Origin: Candidatus Uhrbacteria bacterium
GTDB taxonomy: Bacteria > Patescibacteriota > Patescibacteriia > UBA9934 > GWF2-40-263
DNA: 64,000 nucleotides
Direction of reading: 5' to 3'
NCBI GenBank assembly: GCA_013204385.1
Contig: JABMNY010000013.1
Span: 517-64,516 of the forward strand
The position numbers were made by a program, and so were the translations under genes. The notes beneath the pieces are model-generated. The model had not been told where the DNA came from, searched no databases, and saw only the letters and a list, made by a program, of their open reading frames with translations. How positions within the stretch are numbered: the stretch's first letter is position 1; every line of letters starts with the position of its first letter. Shown here piece after piece: positions 45,531 to 55,444 of the stretch.

Positions 45531-46802
45531 TTAATGTGAATGTTTTTCGAGGTAATTGAAGAGGGTCGGAAAGAGTTTTTGTGTGTCAAAAGAAAGAGCA
45601 ACAGTCTTCAGTCCATTTTTAACAAATGTTTTTCGAATCTTGTCATTTTCAAGAATGGTTGAAATTTTATGAGCGAGTTCACTTGCATCATTGGCTTGAA
45701 CGAGAAAGCCATTATGCTTGTCTGTAATAATTTCAGGGATTCCTCCAACGTTTGTTCCAATAACTGGGAGACCACATGCCATGGCTTCGATAAACACTTG
45801 CCCAAATGTTTCATTTTCAGATGGAAGAGCAAAGACGTCAGATCCCGCATAGACTTCAGGCATTTTTTCCATTGGAAAAGTTTTGATGATGACGAAGTCT
45901 TCAATTCCATGAATTTGTGTGTACCCTTCAAGTTTTTGAAGCGCAGCTTCAAATTCTTGATTGAGACGTTGAGGGGGTTTTCCGACCGCAATAAGAAGAT
46001 AGACATCACTTCGAGTGCTTCGAATTTTAGAAAATGCGTCCAGTAGATTGATCAGTCCCTTTTCTGTAAGGATGTCAGAGTATCCTTGCAAGATGCGTGA
46101 AGCAGAAACAATCACTTTGTCGGACGAGGAAAGACCTAAGTGTTTTTTGAGCCACTTTCTATTTGTTTGAGGAGTAAATTCTTTAATGTTCACCCCAAGA
46201 TACTTGGTCGTGATATGGCTGATCGCAAGCCCTTTTTGAAAACAGTCACCTGCAACACTTTTACTGACACAAAGAACTTTTTTCCAAAAGAGACCATTGA
46301 TGATTTCTGTCTGTAGTGGATTTGTAGAGAAAGAGTGTAATTGCAAAAAGAGAGGAACTTGTTTTGTGTGACAGACCATATTGACCATCAAGCTATAAGA
46401 TGGAGGAAGGCCAAGGTGGAAGTTTTGTGCTGTAACAGCAGAAATAGCATGCTCGGGGATGAAGGTATTAAGGAATTCAAAAAATTCAATAGATTTATCT
46501 TTTACTTGTTTTTGAGATCCTTTTTTTACATCAATTGATTTTCGCTTTTTATACGATAAATTGAGGAATGACTTGAAATGAATTGATACATTTCCTATCT
46601 GAACAATCTCCTCTTTTGTTTTGGAGGGGAGAATAAAATAATAGTTTCCAGGCTGATCTTGGCAAAAATCAATGAGATTTTTTATATATCGTTCAATCCC
46701 TCCTATACTCACAAAAGGAGAGTTTGGACTTATAATGAGATGGTTCATGTTAGAGTGATTTTTTGAATAAGAAAAACGCAACACTCGCTCCAATCCAGTC
46801 AT
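45531..46802 (-). CDS. Glycosyltransferase family 4 (GT-B fold)
   Basis: C-terminal E-x7-E region ETFGQVFIEAMACGLPVIGTNVGGIPEII typical of GT4. Confidence 0.75.
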   Translation of the reverse strand: MTGLERVLRFSYSKNHSNMNHLIISPNSPFVSIGGIERYIKNLIDFCQDQPGNYYFILPSKTKEEIVQIGNVSIHFKSFLNLSYKKRKSIDVKKGSQKQVKDKSIEFFEFLNTFIPEHAISAVTAQNFHLGLPPSYSLMVNMVCHTKQVPLFLQLHSFSTNPLQTEIINGLFWKKVLCVSKSVAGDCFQKGLAISHITTKYLGVNIKEFTPQTNRKWLKKHLGLSSSDKVIVSASRILQGYSDILTEKGLINLLDAFSKIRSTRSDVYLLIAVGKPPQRLNQEFEAALQKLEGYTQIHGIEDFVIIKTFPMEKMPEVYAGSDVFALPSENETFGQVFIEAMACGLPVIGTNVGGIPEIITDKHNGFLVQANDASELAHKISTILENDKIRKTFVKNGLKTVALSFDTQKLFPTLFNYLEKHSH

Positions 46803-47151
46803 TGAGAAAATCTTTCATTGTGTCTGAAAGGGAAAGCTGAGATTGGGGTAAATTGTACCAAATGTTGATTGTCTGATCTAAAACATATTCATGAAACTCC
46901 CATGCAATTCCAATGAGCATGGCAAAACCGATCACAAATAGGTAGTGATACCAAATAGGAGAATGAGATGTGTGATGCTTGCTTGCAACGGAGTGATGAA
47001 TGGCGAGCGCGAGGAGCCCCATCGCAAACCCACCGAAGAGATGCATTGGAACGTCCATGTTTGGGACCGAGTATCCTCCCGTGAGTAGAAGTAATCCATG
47101 GATCAGGAGAACCCCGCCAATGGCAGCAAATGCGCGTTTAAAGAGTTTCAT
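46750..47151 (-). CDS. VanZ-like small membrane protein (putative)
   Basis: Four TM helices and a WEFHEY...DTMKDFLNDWIGA motif reminiscent of VanZ. Confidence 0.35.
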   Translation of the reverse strand: MKLFKRAFAAIGGVLLIHGLLLLTGGYSVPNMDVPMHLFGGFAMGLLALAIHHSVASKHHTSHSPIWYHYLFVIGFAMLIGIAWEFHEYVLDQTINIWYNLPQSQLSLSDTMKDFLNDWIGASVAFFLFKKSL

Positions 47152-47217
47152 AATGGGTCAATTTTATCATGAAATGAAAACACCCGTTTAATCGGGTGTT
47201 TTCTGTGTGTTCAATGG

Positions 47218-47907
47218 TTATTCAATATCGGTTGAAGCATCATCATTCCACCCAATTTCTGGAAGATTTTCTGGCTCAACCATTTCTGGTTCGTCGAGCT
47301 CCATTTCCTCCATATCTCCTTCGATCATCTCATCATCTTCTGTTTCGACAATGACGTCATTCAAAATGTTGAGGATTTGATCAAGTTTTTGGTTGATGGA
47401 CATGATCTCAGATTTGAGACTTGGTCCGATAGGAGCTGGTCCTGTTGGTCGGTGGCGTGGTCGGTCTTCAGAGCGATCGTTTGATCCTCCAAAAGAAGGC
47501 TTTCGGTCGAATCGGTCAGATGAACCACCTTCGCTTCCTCGGAAGCATTCTCGACAAAGAACCGGTTTACTTCCATTTGGTTTAAATGGAACGGTACAAG
47601 AGTTTCCACATTCATTACATCGAGCTGGAAAACTTGGCTTATCTCCTCCGAATCCACCACGATTTCCACCAAATGAGCTTCCGCCCCCTCGATTTCCACC
47701 GTATGAACTTCCTCCTCGGCTTCCGCCGAATGAGCTTCCTCCACGACTTCCTCCACCAAATGAGCTTCCTCCACGGCTTCCACCGTATGAACTTCCTCCG
47801 CTGCTTCGTTCTCCTCCACCGTATGAACTTCCTCCACGGCTTCCACCGTATGAACTTCCTCCGCTGCTTCTTCCGCTGTCGTTGTATTCGCGTTTCGCGT
47901 AAGCCAT
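47218..47907 (-). CDS. Low-complexity SYGG/RGG-repeat protein with a Cys zinc ribbon and an acidic C-terminal tail (putative RNA-binding)
   Basis: About 8 copies of SRGGSS[YF]GG, then CNECGNSC-x13-CRECF (CxxC-x17-CxxC), then an EDDEMIEGDMEEMELDEPEMVEPE tail. The underlying DNA is a tandem repeat. Confidence 0.5.
   Translation of the reverse strand: MAYAKREYNDSGRSSGGSSYGGSRGGSSYGGGERSSGGSSYGGSRGGSSFGGGSRGGSSFGGSRGGSSYGGNRGGGSSFGGNRGGFGGDKPSFPARCNECGNSCTVPFKPNGSKPVLCRECFRGSEGGSSDRFDRKPSFGGSNDRSEDRPRHRPTGPAPIGPSLKSEIMSINQKLDQILNILNDVIVETEDDEMIEGDMEEMELDEPEMVEPENLPEIGWNDDASTDIE
47630..47890. repeat. Intragenic tandem repeat array (about 30-33-bp units) encoding the SYGG/RGG repeats
   Basis: Visible recurrence of ccacgacttcctccaccaaatgagcttcctccacggcttccaccgtatgaacttcctcc. 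Confidence 0.55.
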
Positions 47908-47977
47908 AATATTGTTAGGTTTGTAATGGTAACTGCTGAAGACTACTCCCAGAAGCTTATTCTGTCAAGGGGAAAAG

Positions 47978-49768
47978 CTAGAGTTCACAGCGCAGTGTGT
48001 CGATTTGTTCCTGATTTGAAAGCCAGGTTTTTTCTAGAATTTCTAATTGGTCATTCAGTTCCGAGAGTCTCTGCGACTTGGAAGGGGAGTAATCCATAGG
48101 GTTTTCAAAAAAATACCCAAGAATTTCACTCTTTTCCCGGTCTAGGGTTTCCATCTGTTTTGTGGTTCGTTCCTGGGATCTTTGATGCTCTCTTATACGA
48201 GTATGGATTTCTGTTCGATCTTGAATACTTAAGTTGCTCAAGCTTGATTCGTCCTGTTTCTCTGTAAGGGAGTCTTCCATGACTGATGAAAGATCGTCTA
48301 CATACTCCTCATAGGTGCCCATATAACGTCTTACATTTCCGGCACGAACTTCAAAAATTTTGTCGACGAGCGTATTCACGAAGGTTCGTGAGTGAGAAAT
48401 AATAATGACTGTTCCTTTATATTCTTTTAGCGCCACTGCGAGCGCTTCGGTCGTTTCTACATCAAGATGGTTTGTTGGTTCGTCGAGTAATAAAACATTG
48501 TGTTCATGAAGGAGGACGCCTGCGAGACAGAGTCGCGCACGCTCTCCTCCACTTAAGATATTTGCCGCTTTATCAAGATCGTCGCCTCTAAAAAGAAAGT
48601 TCCCTGCCATCATGAGAATGTGTTCACCCGACGCATCTCCTGGCGCCATGCGTGTGAGGTATTGAACGACTGTCTCATTTCCAATTATCGTTGCTTCTGT
48701 TTTTTGGTCATAGTATCCAATATCTACTTTATGCCACCACTTTACCGATCCTGAGAGTGGTTCAATATGCCCCGCAAGTGTTTTCAGGAGCGTAGATTTT
48801 CCTCGACCATTTTCACCAGCAATAACCACTTTTTCCCCACGATGAATTTCAAGATTGATGTCCTGCGCTACAGTAAAATCTCCATATCCGATAGAAAGGT
48901 GTTGTGTTCTGACAGCAGTACCGGCAATAACATGAGGGGAGGGAATGCGAATTTTTGTCGTAGCAAGATCAGAATTGATTTTGGAAATCTTCCCACAGAG
49001 TTTCGCAATATGCTTTATTTTACTTTGTGCGCGAGAGGCCAGACTCGCCTTTGATCGAAACCGGTCAACGAATTCTTGATGATGGGCCATTTCACGTGAA
49101 AGTCTTTTATTGTTCCGTAACTCAAGATCGAGTTGTTCTTGCTTGAATGTTAAATACTCTTCAATTGAGCCTTTGTAGGAAGTAAGAGTTCCTCGTTCGA
49201 TTTCAAATGTGTGTGTGCAGGTATTTTGTAAGAACGTTCGATCATGCGCTGCCAGAAGAAACGCCCCATTAAATCTTTGTAGGAAACGTTCAAGAAAAAG
49301 AAGAGTTTGAAGATCTAGATAATTGACTGGCTCATCTAAAAGGAGAAGATTTGGTTCGAGTAATAGCATGGCGACAAGCTTGACACGCATTTGATAGCCA
49401 CCAGAAAGCTGGTTTGGAATCTGTTCAAGATGGCTAGATTGAAGCCCAAATTCTGAAGCTTGTTTGCGAATCGTCCATTCTTGCTTGCCGCTTTTTTGTT
49501 CAAGGTATTCAAGCGTTGAGATTGAGTCTGGAAGTACCTCATGTTGCTCCACAACTCCCACACGGGCAGTTGGATAAAATTGAACATGACCTCCATCAGC
49601 TTCTTCCTGACTCATGAGAATTTTAAGAAGTGTAGATTTTCCTGCTCCATTTCTTCCAATAAGTGCAATTTTTTGTTTTTCGGTTACAAGAAAAGAAAGA
49701 TCATCCAAGACGACCTGTAATCCATATGATTTTCGAATGTTGCGTCCTTCAGCGAGTGGGTGAGGCAT
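47978..49768 (-). CDS. ABC-F family ATPase (Uup/YheS-like, tandem ABC domains)
   Basis: Two Walker A motifs (GRNGAGKST and GENGRGKST), two signature and Walker B sets, and a C-terminal coiled coil. No TM domain. Confidence 0.85.
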   Translation of the reverse strand: MPHPLAEGRNIRKSYGLQVVLDDLSFLVTEKQKIALIGRNGAGKSTLLKILMSQEEADGGHVQFYPTARVGVVEQHEVLPDSISTLEYLEQKSGKQEWTIRKQASEFGLQSSHLEQIPNQLSGGYQMRVKLVAMLLLEPNLLLLDEPVNYLDLQTLLFLERFLQRFNGAFLLAAHDRTFLQNTCTHTFEIERGTLTSYKGSIEEYLTFKQEQLDLELRNNKRLSREMAHHQEFVDRFRSKASLASRAQSKIKHIAKLCGKISKINSDLATTKIRIPSPHVIAGTAVRTQHLSIGYGDFTVAQDINLEIHRGEKVVIAGENGRGKSTLLKTLAGHIEPLSGSVKWWHKVDIGYYDQKTEATIIGNETVVQYLTRMAPGDASGEHILMMAGNFLFRGDDLDKAANILSGGERARLCLAGVLLHEHNVLLLDEPTNHLDVETTEALAVALKEYKGTVIIISHSRTFVNTLVDKIFEVRAGNVRRYMGTYEEYVDDLSSVMEDSLTEKQDESSLSNLSIQDRTEIHTRIREHQRSQERTTKQMETLDREKSEILGYFFENPMDYSPSKSQRLSELNDQLEILEKTWLSNQEQIDTLRCEL

Positions 49769-49836
49769 AACGGAGTCAGTCTATCATATCTTCTCTTATG
49801 CTGTTATATCAAAATATTTTGTTATAATAGTCTCGT

Positions 49837-51246
49837 ATGACCCAATCAAAGAAGAAGACGTTACAAGAATTTCCAAAACCAATTTCACTTCGAAAACTGA
49901 TCGGGCCAAGTTTCGTGATTCTTGCGCTTGGGTTGGGTTCCGGGGAAGTAATTCTTTGGCCATACCTCGTTTCTAACTATGGGCTTGGAATTGCTTGGGG
50001 GGCGCTCTTGGGAATCTCTTTTCAGTATTTTATCAACATGGAGATTGAACGTTACGCGCTGGTAAAAGGGGAGAGTGTGTTTGTTGGAATTGCGAAATTC
50101 TTGAAAGGAGCACCTTATTGGTTTATTCTCTCGACCTTTATTGGATTTGGTCTTCCTGGAATTGTTGCTGCGTCGGCAGCAGTCTTTGCTTCGTTAATGG
50201 GATTTGAATCATTTGAATGGATAGCGATCCTTTTTCTCATTCTTGTCGGGCTTATTTTAAGCTCCGGGAAGACCGTTTACGGATTGATGGAAAAGCTCAC
50301 TCGTTCGATTATTTTGATTGGGGTTCCTCTCGTGTTTCTACTCACAATTATTCTAAGTCAGAAGGCAGATTGGAGTGCGCTTGCACTGGGAATCTTCGCT
50401 CAGGGAGAAGGATATACATTTTTTCCAGAAGGTCTGGCTCTTGCAACATTTTTTGCTGCCTTTGCCTATTCCGGGGCAGGAGGAAATCTTAATCTAACAC
50501 AATCAATTTATATTAAGGAGAAGGGGTATGGAATGGGAAAGTATGCCACAAAGCTTTCGGGTCTTTTTCAGAAAAAGGGGGGCCGTGAAGAGATTCGATT
50601 AGAGGGCGCAGGTTTTGCAGATACGCCAGAGGCACGTCAACGATTCTCTGTTTGGTGGAAGCGAATAAGTTTCGAGCACGCACTCGAATTTTGGTTTATT
50701 GGAGCTATCTCGATTCTTCTCCTCATGCTTCTTGCGTATGTTACGACCTATAATTTGGAGGGAAATACTCAAGGAATTAGTTTTGTTATTCGTGAAGGAA
50801 CCGCTATAGGAGCAGTGCTTGGTCCGGCATTTGGGGCGGGTTTTCTTCTCGTTGTGACGATTCTGCTCTTTCAAACACAACTTGGAGTCATGGATTCAAC
50901 ATCTCGTATCATGGCAGAGAACGCGTCTATTTCGTATATGAGAATAAAGAACGAGTCTTCTGTTCCACTTTCAAAGATTTACTATGGGTTTCTTTGGAGT
51001 CAGATTGCGTTTGGAATCCTTCTTATTCTTTTAGGTCTTTCTGAACCAAAGTTTCTTCTAGTTCTTGGTGCTGTGATTAATGCAATTGCCATGTTTGTTC
51101 ATATTGGTCTCGTGTCAATTCTCAACTTTCGCTCTATTCCAAAATTCTATCAACCATCTGTTTTTCGTAGAATACTCCTCGGTGTGATCTTTGTATTTTT
51201 TGGAGTGTTTAGTGTGGTCGTTGTGACGAATCAGTTTTTTCTCTAA
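49837..51246 (+). CDS. Polytopic membrane transporter, possibly a divergent NRAMP-like member
   Basis: About 11-12 TM helices. The N-terminal GPSFVILALGLGSGE...P...S.YG region loosely resembles the Nramp first TM motifs, but DPGN is absent. Weak call. Confidence 0.3.
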   Translation: MTQSKKKTLQEFPKPISLRKLIGPSFVILALGLGSGEVILWPYLVSNYGLGIAWGALLGISFQYFINMEIERYALVKGESVFVGIAKFLKGAPYWFILSTFIGFGLPGIVAASAAVFASLMGFESFEWIAILFLILVGLILSSGKTVYGLMEKLTRSIILIGVPLVFLLTIILSQKADWSALALGIFAQGEGYTFFPEGLALATFFAAFAYSGAGGNLNLTQSIYIKEKGYGMGKYATKLSGLFQKKGGREEIRLEGAGFADTPEARQRFSVWWKRISFEHALEFWFIGAISILLLMLLAYVTTYNLEGNTQGISFVIREGTAIGAVLGPAFGAGFLLVVTILLFQTQLGVMDSTSRIMAENASISYMRIKNESSVPLSKIYYGFLWSQIAFGILLILLGLSEPKFLLVLGAVINAIAMFVHIGLVSILNFRSIPKFYQPSVFRRILLGVIFVFFGVFSVVVVTNQFFL

Positions 51247-51267
51247 AAAAACAATCCTGAACGAGTT

Positions 51268-52152
51268 TCAGGATTGAGGCATTGAATCTTTACAAGTGTC
51301 TGAGCACCAGATTGAGCTTGGCTCACAGTTCTCACAAATAATAAGCTGTTTGTGGCAGGGGCTCCATGCGCAGTTCCCGAATCGCTCACTTTTTTCGTTG
51401 CAGCCCGTACATCTACCAACAACGTCATAGGCATCTGTGAATTGTTCCGTCATGCGTTCATCAAAAACATAGAGAGACCCCTCAAAGTTTTGGCCAGGGT
51501 ATTTCTTCATGTATGTTCCGATCCCTCCGTGAAGTTGATAGACTTGATCAAATCCTTCGTTTAAGAGAAGTCCTGAAGCCTTCTCGCAGCGAACACCATA
51601 TGTACACACAGTCAGGACCTTTTTACCTTTTAGATGCTGAAGACTGGGAATCAGCTCTTTTAAATCTCGAAAATTTTTCATTCCTGGGTCGATAGAGCCT
51701 TTAAATCGTCCGACAGTAAATTCATAGTCGTTGCGCATATCAACAATGGCAAAGTCCTCACCTTGTGTGAACCAATTGTGCAGTTCTTCTGGTTCGATAT
51801 GTGTCCCTGTTGTGATATTTGGATTGATATCTGCTTCTGCATCAAGTCCAATATTTAAGATGTTTGGACGCACTTTGATTATGAGTTTCCGAAATGCTGA
51901 TCCTGTTCCAGGACTTGATTTGAACCAAAGATCATGAAAATCTGCGTACGAACAGCTTGATACTTCTGATTCGAATTGATCAAGTTGATCTCTAGTTCCC
52001 TCAACGCTTCCGTTGATTCCTTCCTCTGCAATTAAAATGCGTCCCTTGATCTCTAAAGAGAGACAAAGTGCTCGCATCCATAGCATCAAACCTTTGGGGT
52101 CGGTCACGGATGTATATTTATAGAAAATGATGACATCAAACGGTTTTGACAT
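51268..52152 (-). CDS. trhO: Rhodanese-domain tRNA U34 hydroxylase TrhO (YceA/UPF0176 family)
   Basis: VIIFYKYT...ILIAEEGINGSV N-terminus, a rhodanese Cys loop (TVCTYGVRC), and a Cys-rich C-terminus. Confidence 0.7.
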   Translation of the reverse strand: MSKPFDVIIFYKYTSVTDPKGLMLWMRALCLSLEIKGRILIAEEGINGSVEGTRDQLDQFESEVSSCSYADFHDLWFKSSPGTGSAFRKLIIKVRPNILNIGLDAEADINPNITTGTHIEPEELHNWFTQGEDFAIVDMRNDYEFTVGRFKGSIDPGMKNFRDLKELIPSLQHLKGKKVLTVCTYGVRCEKASGLLLNEGFDQVYQLHGGIGTYMKKYPGQNFEGSLYVFDERMTEQFTDAYDVVGRCTGCNEKSERFGNCAWSPCHKQLIICENCEPSSIWCSDTCKDSMPQS

Positions 52153-52570
52153 AGAGTTCTTTTTTGGAATCAGTGTGAAGCGTTACAAGTAAAGCGAGAG
52201 CAATCAACGAAATGTTTTTGATAATATACTGTCCTACAAGAGTAGGAATCATGAATCCAGACCAGGTGATATGAGGAAGGAGGAGTAAGGGAAGGAATGT
52301 TGTGAACATGTGAAAAAGCAAGATGACAATAACAATTTTCGACATTTTTGGAACAAGGAAGAGAACTCCAATCAGCATCTCAAACAACCCAAAGACAACA
52401 AAGAATGAAGAGAAATTGAAGAAAGGGAGGGTGAGAAGTTGGAGCGCCTCTGTCAGCTCGTCCGCAGGGGAGAGCATAAGTATTTTAAGAAACCCAAACC
52501 AAAAGAAGATGATAAAGATAGCAATTCGACCTAGCCAGTCAAGTTGAGTATGGGAGAGCGCTATTTTCAT
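52136..52570 (-). CDS. DUF417 (YkgB-like) small membrane protein
   Basis: IFFWFGFLKIL...SPAD...FEMLIGVLFLVP...LLFHMFTTF resembles DUF417. Called from memory and uncertain. Confidence 0.4.
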   Translation of the reverse strand: MKIALSHTQLDWLGRIAIFIIFFWFGFLKILMLSPADELTEALQLLTLPFFNFSSFFVVFGLFEMLIGVLFLVPKMSKIVIVILLFHMFTTFLPLLLLPHITWSGFMIPTLVGQYIIKNISLIALALLVTLHTDSKKELYVKTV

Positions 52571-53325
52571 AGGAAAACAGCAGTCCCAATCATGAGAGAG
52601 AGGCCAGAAAGAAAAATGAGAAAGTAGAGTGGGATATTTGATCGGCTATTGTTGTGTCGAAGCTCAGGAAGAAGGTCGGCCGCTGCAATGTAGATAAAGC
52701 CTCCTGCCGCGATCGGAAGAAGGACTGGAACAGCCCAAGTCACTGATCCACTTAAGAAGTAACCCGCAATTCCCCCAAGGAGAACTGTAGACGCTGAGAT
52801 TCCGTTGTATACAGCCGCACGAATCTTTGAAAAGCCTCCATGAACGAGAACGGCATAATCCCCGAGTTCTTGAGGAATTTCGTGAAGGGCTATCGCTAGT
52901 GTAGTGCTGATTCCCAAAGAAGGGGAGACCATGAATGCAGCTGCGATAATAAGACCATCGATAAAGTTATGGATTCCATCAGAGTACAAAACAAGATGGG
53001 CATACGGTTTTTCGACTTTTTCGCATTTTTCTGTGTCATGACAGTGATGCCAAGAAAAGAATTGTTCAAAGAGGAATGAAGCGACGAATGATCCAACAAC
53101 AAGGAGCATGATGGTAAAAACGCTTATGGGCCCGTTTTCTGATAGTTCTATCGCTTCAGGGAGAAGATGCATGAATGCATTACCAAGCATTGCTCCTGCT
53201 GAAAGCGCGACAAGTCCAAGCATACTTGCATGCACGTGCTTTTTCATCAGTGCAAGGCCAATAATTCCTGAGAGTGACAGGATGGCAATACTGGATGTGG
53301 CTATGAGGATTAAGAAGAATGTCAT
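52567..53325 (-). CDS. zupT: ZIP family zinc transporter (ZupT-like)
   Basis: HNFIDGLIIA and HEIPQELGDYAVL motifs, eight TM helices. Confidence 0.8.
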   Translation of the reverse strand: MTFFLILIATSSIAILSLSGIIGLALMKKHVHASMLGLVALSAGAMLGNAFMHLLPEAIELSENGPISVFTIMLLVVGSFVASFLFEQFFSWHHCHDTEKCEKVEKPYAHLVLYSDGIHNFIDGLIIAAAFMVSPSLGISTTLAIALHEIPQELGDYAVLVHGGFSKIRAAVYNGISASTVLLGGIAGYFLSGSVTWAVPVLLPIAAGGFIYIAAADLLPELRHNNSRSNIPLYFLIFLSGLSLMIGTAVFL

Positions 53326-53398
53326 AGAGTTCCGTTTTTTCTTATCGAATTTGAGAGTTTAGCCCTTTGAACGTATTTGTAAAGCTTGAGTTGAAAAT

Positions 53399-54205
53399 TT
53401 AGATTTCGAGCACCATCTCTACTGGACAGTGATCAGATCCTAAGACTTCTGCATGAATAGAAGCGCTTTTAAGGTGCTTTTTTAGTTTTGGACTTGCGAA
53501 AAAGTAATCGATGCGCCATCCGACATTTCTTTCTCGTGCACCTCTAAATGCACTCCACCAAGTGTAGGCTTCAGTCTTGGTTGGAAAGAAGTGTCGGAAG
53601 GTATCGATGAATCCTGACGTGATTATGTTGTCTGCTCCTTCTCGTTCTTCGTCTGTAAAACCTGCATTCTTGTGATTGTCATCTGGTCTGGCAAGGTCAA
53701 TATTTGTATGAGCAACATTGAGGTCTCCACAAAAAACTACAGGTTTCTTTTGTTCAAGTGCATTTATATAGGCAAGAAAGGCAGGGTCCCATATTTTTTG
53801 ACGAAAAGTGAGTCGCGCTAAATCCCTTTTTGAATTTGGTGTATAGACGGTTACAAGATGGAATGAGTCAAATTCCAAAGTAATTACGCGCCCTTCTTTA
53901 AGGGTATTTCCAAACGTATCTGTAAACCTATCTGCACGAGCTCCAGGAATATCATAAGTAATTGAGAGTGGTTTGATCTTTGTGAAAATGGCAGTCCCAG
54001 CATACCCTGCTTTTTCTGCCGAGTTCCATATCTCTTCGTATTCCGGAAGGTCTACTTCTGCCTGGCCTTGCTTTGCTTTTGTTTCTTGCAAACACAAAAT
54101 ATCTGGCTGATGCGCTTTAACAAAAGGAATAAAGACATCCTTACGCAAAACAGCTCGTAGTCCATTTACATTCCAGGAGATGAGTTTAATGGATTGTTTT
54201 GACAC
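53399..54205 (-). CDS. xth: Exodeoxyribonuclease III (Xth/APE1 family)
   Basis: ISWNVNGLRA...LCLQETK and C-terminal SDHCPV motifs. Confidence 0.9.
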   Translation of the reverse strand: MSKQSIKLISWNVNGLRAVLRKDVFIPFVKAHQPDILCLQETKAKQGQAEVDLPEYEEIWNSAEKAGYAGTAIFTKIKPLSITYDIPGARADRFTDTFGNTLKEGRVITLEFDSFHLVTVYTPNSKRDLARLTFRQKIWDPAFLAYINALEQKKPVVFCGDLNVAHTNIDLARPDDNHKNAGFTDEEREGADNIITSGFIDTFRHFFPTKTEAYTWWSAFRGARERNVGWRIDYFFASPKLKKHLKSASIHAEVLGSDHCPVEMVLEI

Positions 54206-54208
54206 AGG

Positions 54209-54595
54209 TTATTCTGTTGTTACGCCATCAAAATGCTCTTCGATCTCGTCTGCTTTTGTTCTTTGGGTCACACCATCCTTATGTTCGGGTGGGGAATAAA
54301 CTGTATAAAGCTTTAATTCCTCTGTTCCTGTGTTAATAATGTTGTGCTCTGTTCCCGCGGGAACTACGATTGCATAATCACTTAAAAGTCTGTGTTCTAC
54401 TCCGTCGAGAATCGCTTGTGCTGAACCTTGTTCAATGCGAATGAACTGATCTAGTTGATGAATTTCTTTCCCGATCTCTTCTCCTGGTTGAAGATTCATA
54501 AGGACAAGTTGACTCTGTTTCGTTGTATAGAGAACTCGACGGTAATCCGAGTTTTCAAGCGTTTCCTTTTCGATGTTTGTGATAAAACCTTTCAT
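54209..54595 (-). CDS. Cupin-fold protein
   Basis: Two His-containing cupin motifs (GEEIGKEIH, PAGTEHNIIN). Confidence 0.55.
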   Translation of the reverse strand: MKGFITNIEKETLENSDYRRVLYTTKQSQLVLMNLQPGEEIGKEIHQLDQFIRIEQGSAQAILDGVEHRLLSDYAIVVPAGTEHNIINTGTEELKLYTVYSPPEHKDGVTQRTKADEIEEHFDGVTTE

Positions 54596-54718
54596 AATCG
54601 TAGAAGTAAATGATGCGAAAAGTATAGCATTATTTTATCAAATTGTTCAGGTTTCGTGCTACACTGACGTTATCGGCACTAGGATAAATAGAGGAGTAGG
54701 ATTGATATATTAATAGGT

Positions 54719-55030
54719 ATGATTGAGTTTCTTAGACAGTTTCGGATAGGAGAGTATGCGATTTTTGATTTTACGCTCGCATTTCTTGTTATGGCTTTGC
54801 TTGCCCCTGTTCTCTCAGGAGCATGTAAAAAAGTAGGACTATTCATTCCTAAACGAAGTTGGATTGTTTGGACGCTTCCTTTGAGTTTGATAGTTCACTT
54901 CTTGTTTGGAGCAATGACTCCCATGACTGTTTCATTTATCGATCCAAATGGACAGTATCTTCTCAAGATACTCATTGCATTTCTTACTGCTCTTGGGTTT
55001 AAGGGGGTAAGAAGACAATCGATGAGTTAA
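54719..55030 (+). CDS. Small membrane protein (103 aa), hypothetical
   Basis: Three predicted TM helices. No motif. Confidence 0.35.
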   Translation: MIEFLRQFRIGEYAIFDFTLAFLVMALLAPVLSGACKKVGLFIPKRSWIVWTLPLSLIVHFLFGAMTPMTVSFIDPNGQYLLKILIAFLTALGFKGVRRQSMS

Positions 55031-55032
55031 TA

Positions 55033-55066
55033 AAAAAAGCGTCCGATAAACGGACGCTTTTTTTAT
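55033..55066. terminator. Bidirectional rho-independent terminator
   Basis: aaaaaaagcgtccg ataaa cggacgcttttttt. Confidence 0.7.
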
Positions 55067-55075
55067 TGTTGACTG

Positions 55076-55273
55076 TTAAGCGCGCTGTACATTTGTTGCA
55101 CGAGGTCCCTTTTCAGAGTCTTCTGTTTCAAATGTTACTGCGTCACCTTCACGAAGTTCATCGAATGATACATCGACGAGTTCAGATGAGTGGAAGAACA
55201 AGTCCTTCTCCTCACCTTCTACAGCGATGAATCCAAATCCCTTATCTGTCAACCGTTTGATAATACCGGTCAT
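55076..55273 (-). CDS. cspA: Cold-shock protein (CspA family)
   Basis: GFGFI RNP1 motif (KGFGFIAV) and FFHSS RNP2-like, 65 aa. Confidence 0.9.
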   Translation of the reverse strand: MTGIIKRLTDKGFGFIAVEGEEKDLFFHSSELVDVSFDELREGDAVTFETEDSEKGPRATNVQRA

Positions 55274-55444
55274 AGTGATTGGTGTTAGTGTGAATTATCC
55301 GCAAATTTGTCCTCTTTTGGGAAATTTGAGGATCTCCACAACGAGTACTTTGCTGCCAATAAGATACACCAAAATAGAAAAAATGTCAATAGGGATATCC
55401 TTCAAAGGTCTCCAAAACGCAATTTAGGGTACGAATAGGCCCAT

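Noticed and set aside
49837-51246. Confident NRAMP/MntH annotation of the 469-aa transporter
   Set aside because: The DPGN signature is absent and similarity is limited to the first TM segments. It is kept as a generic polytopic transporter, possibly NRAMP-like.
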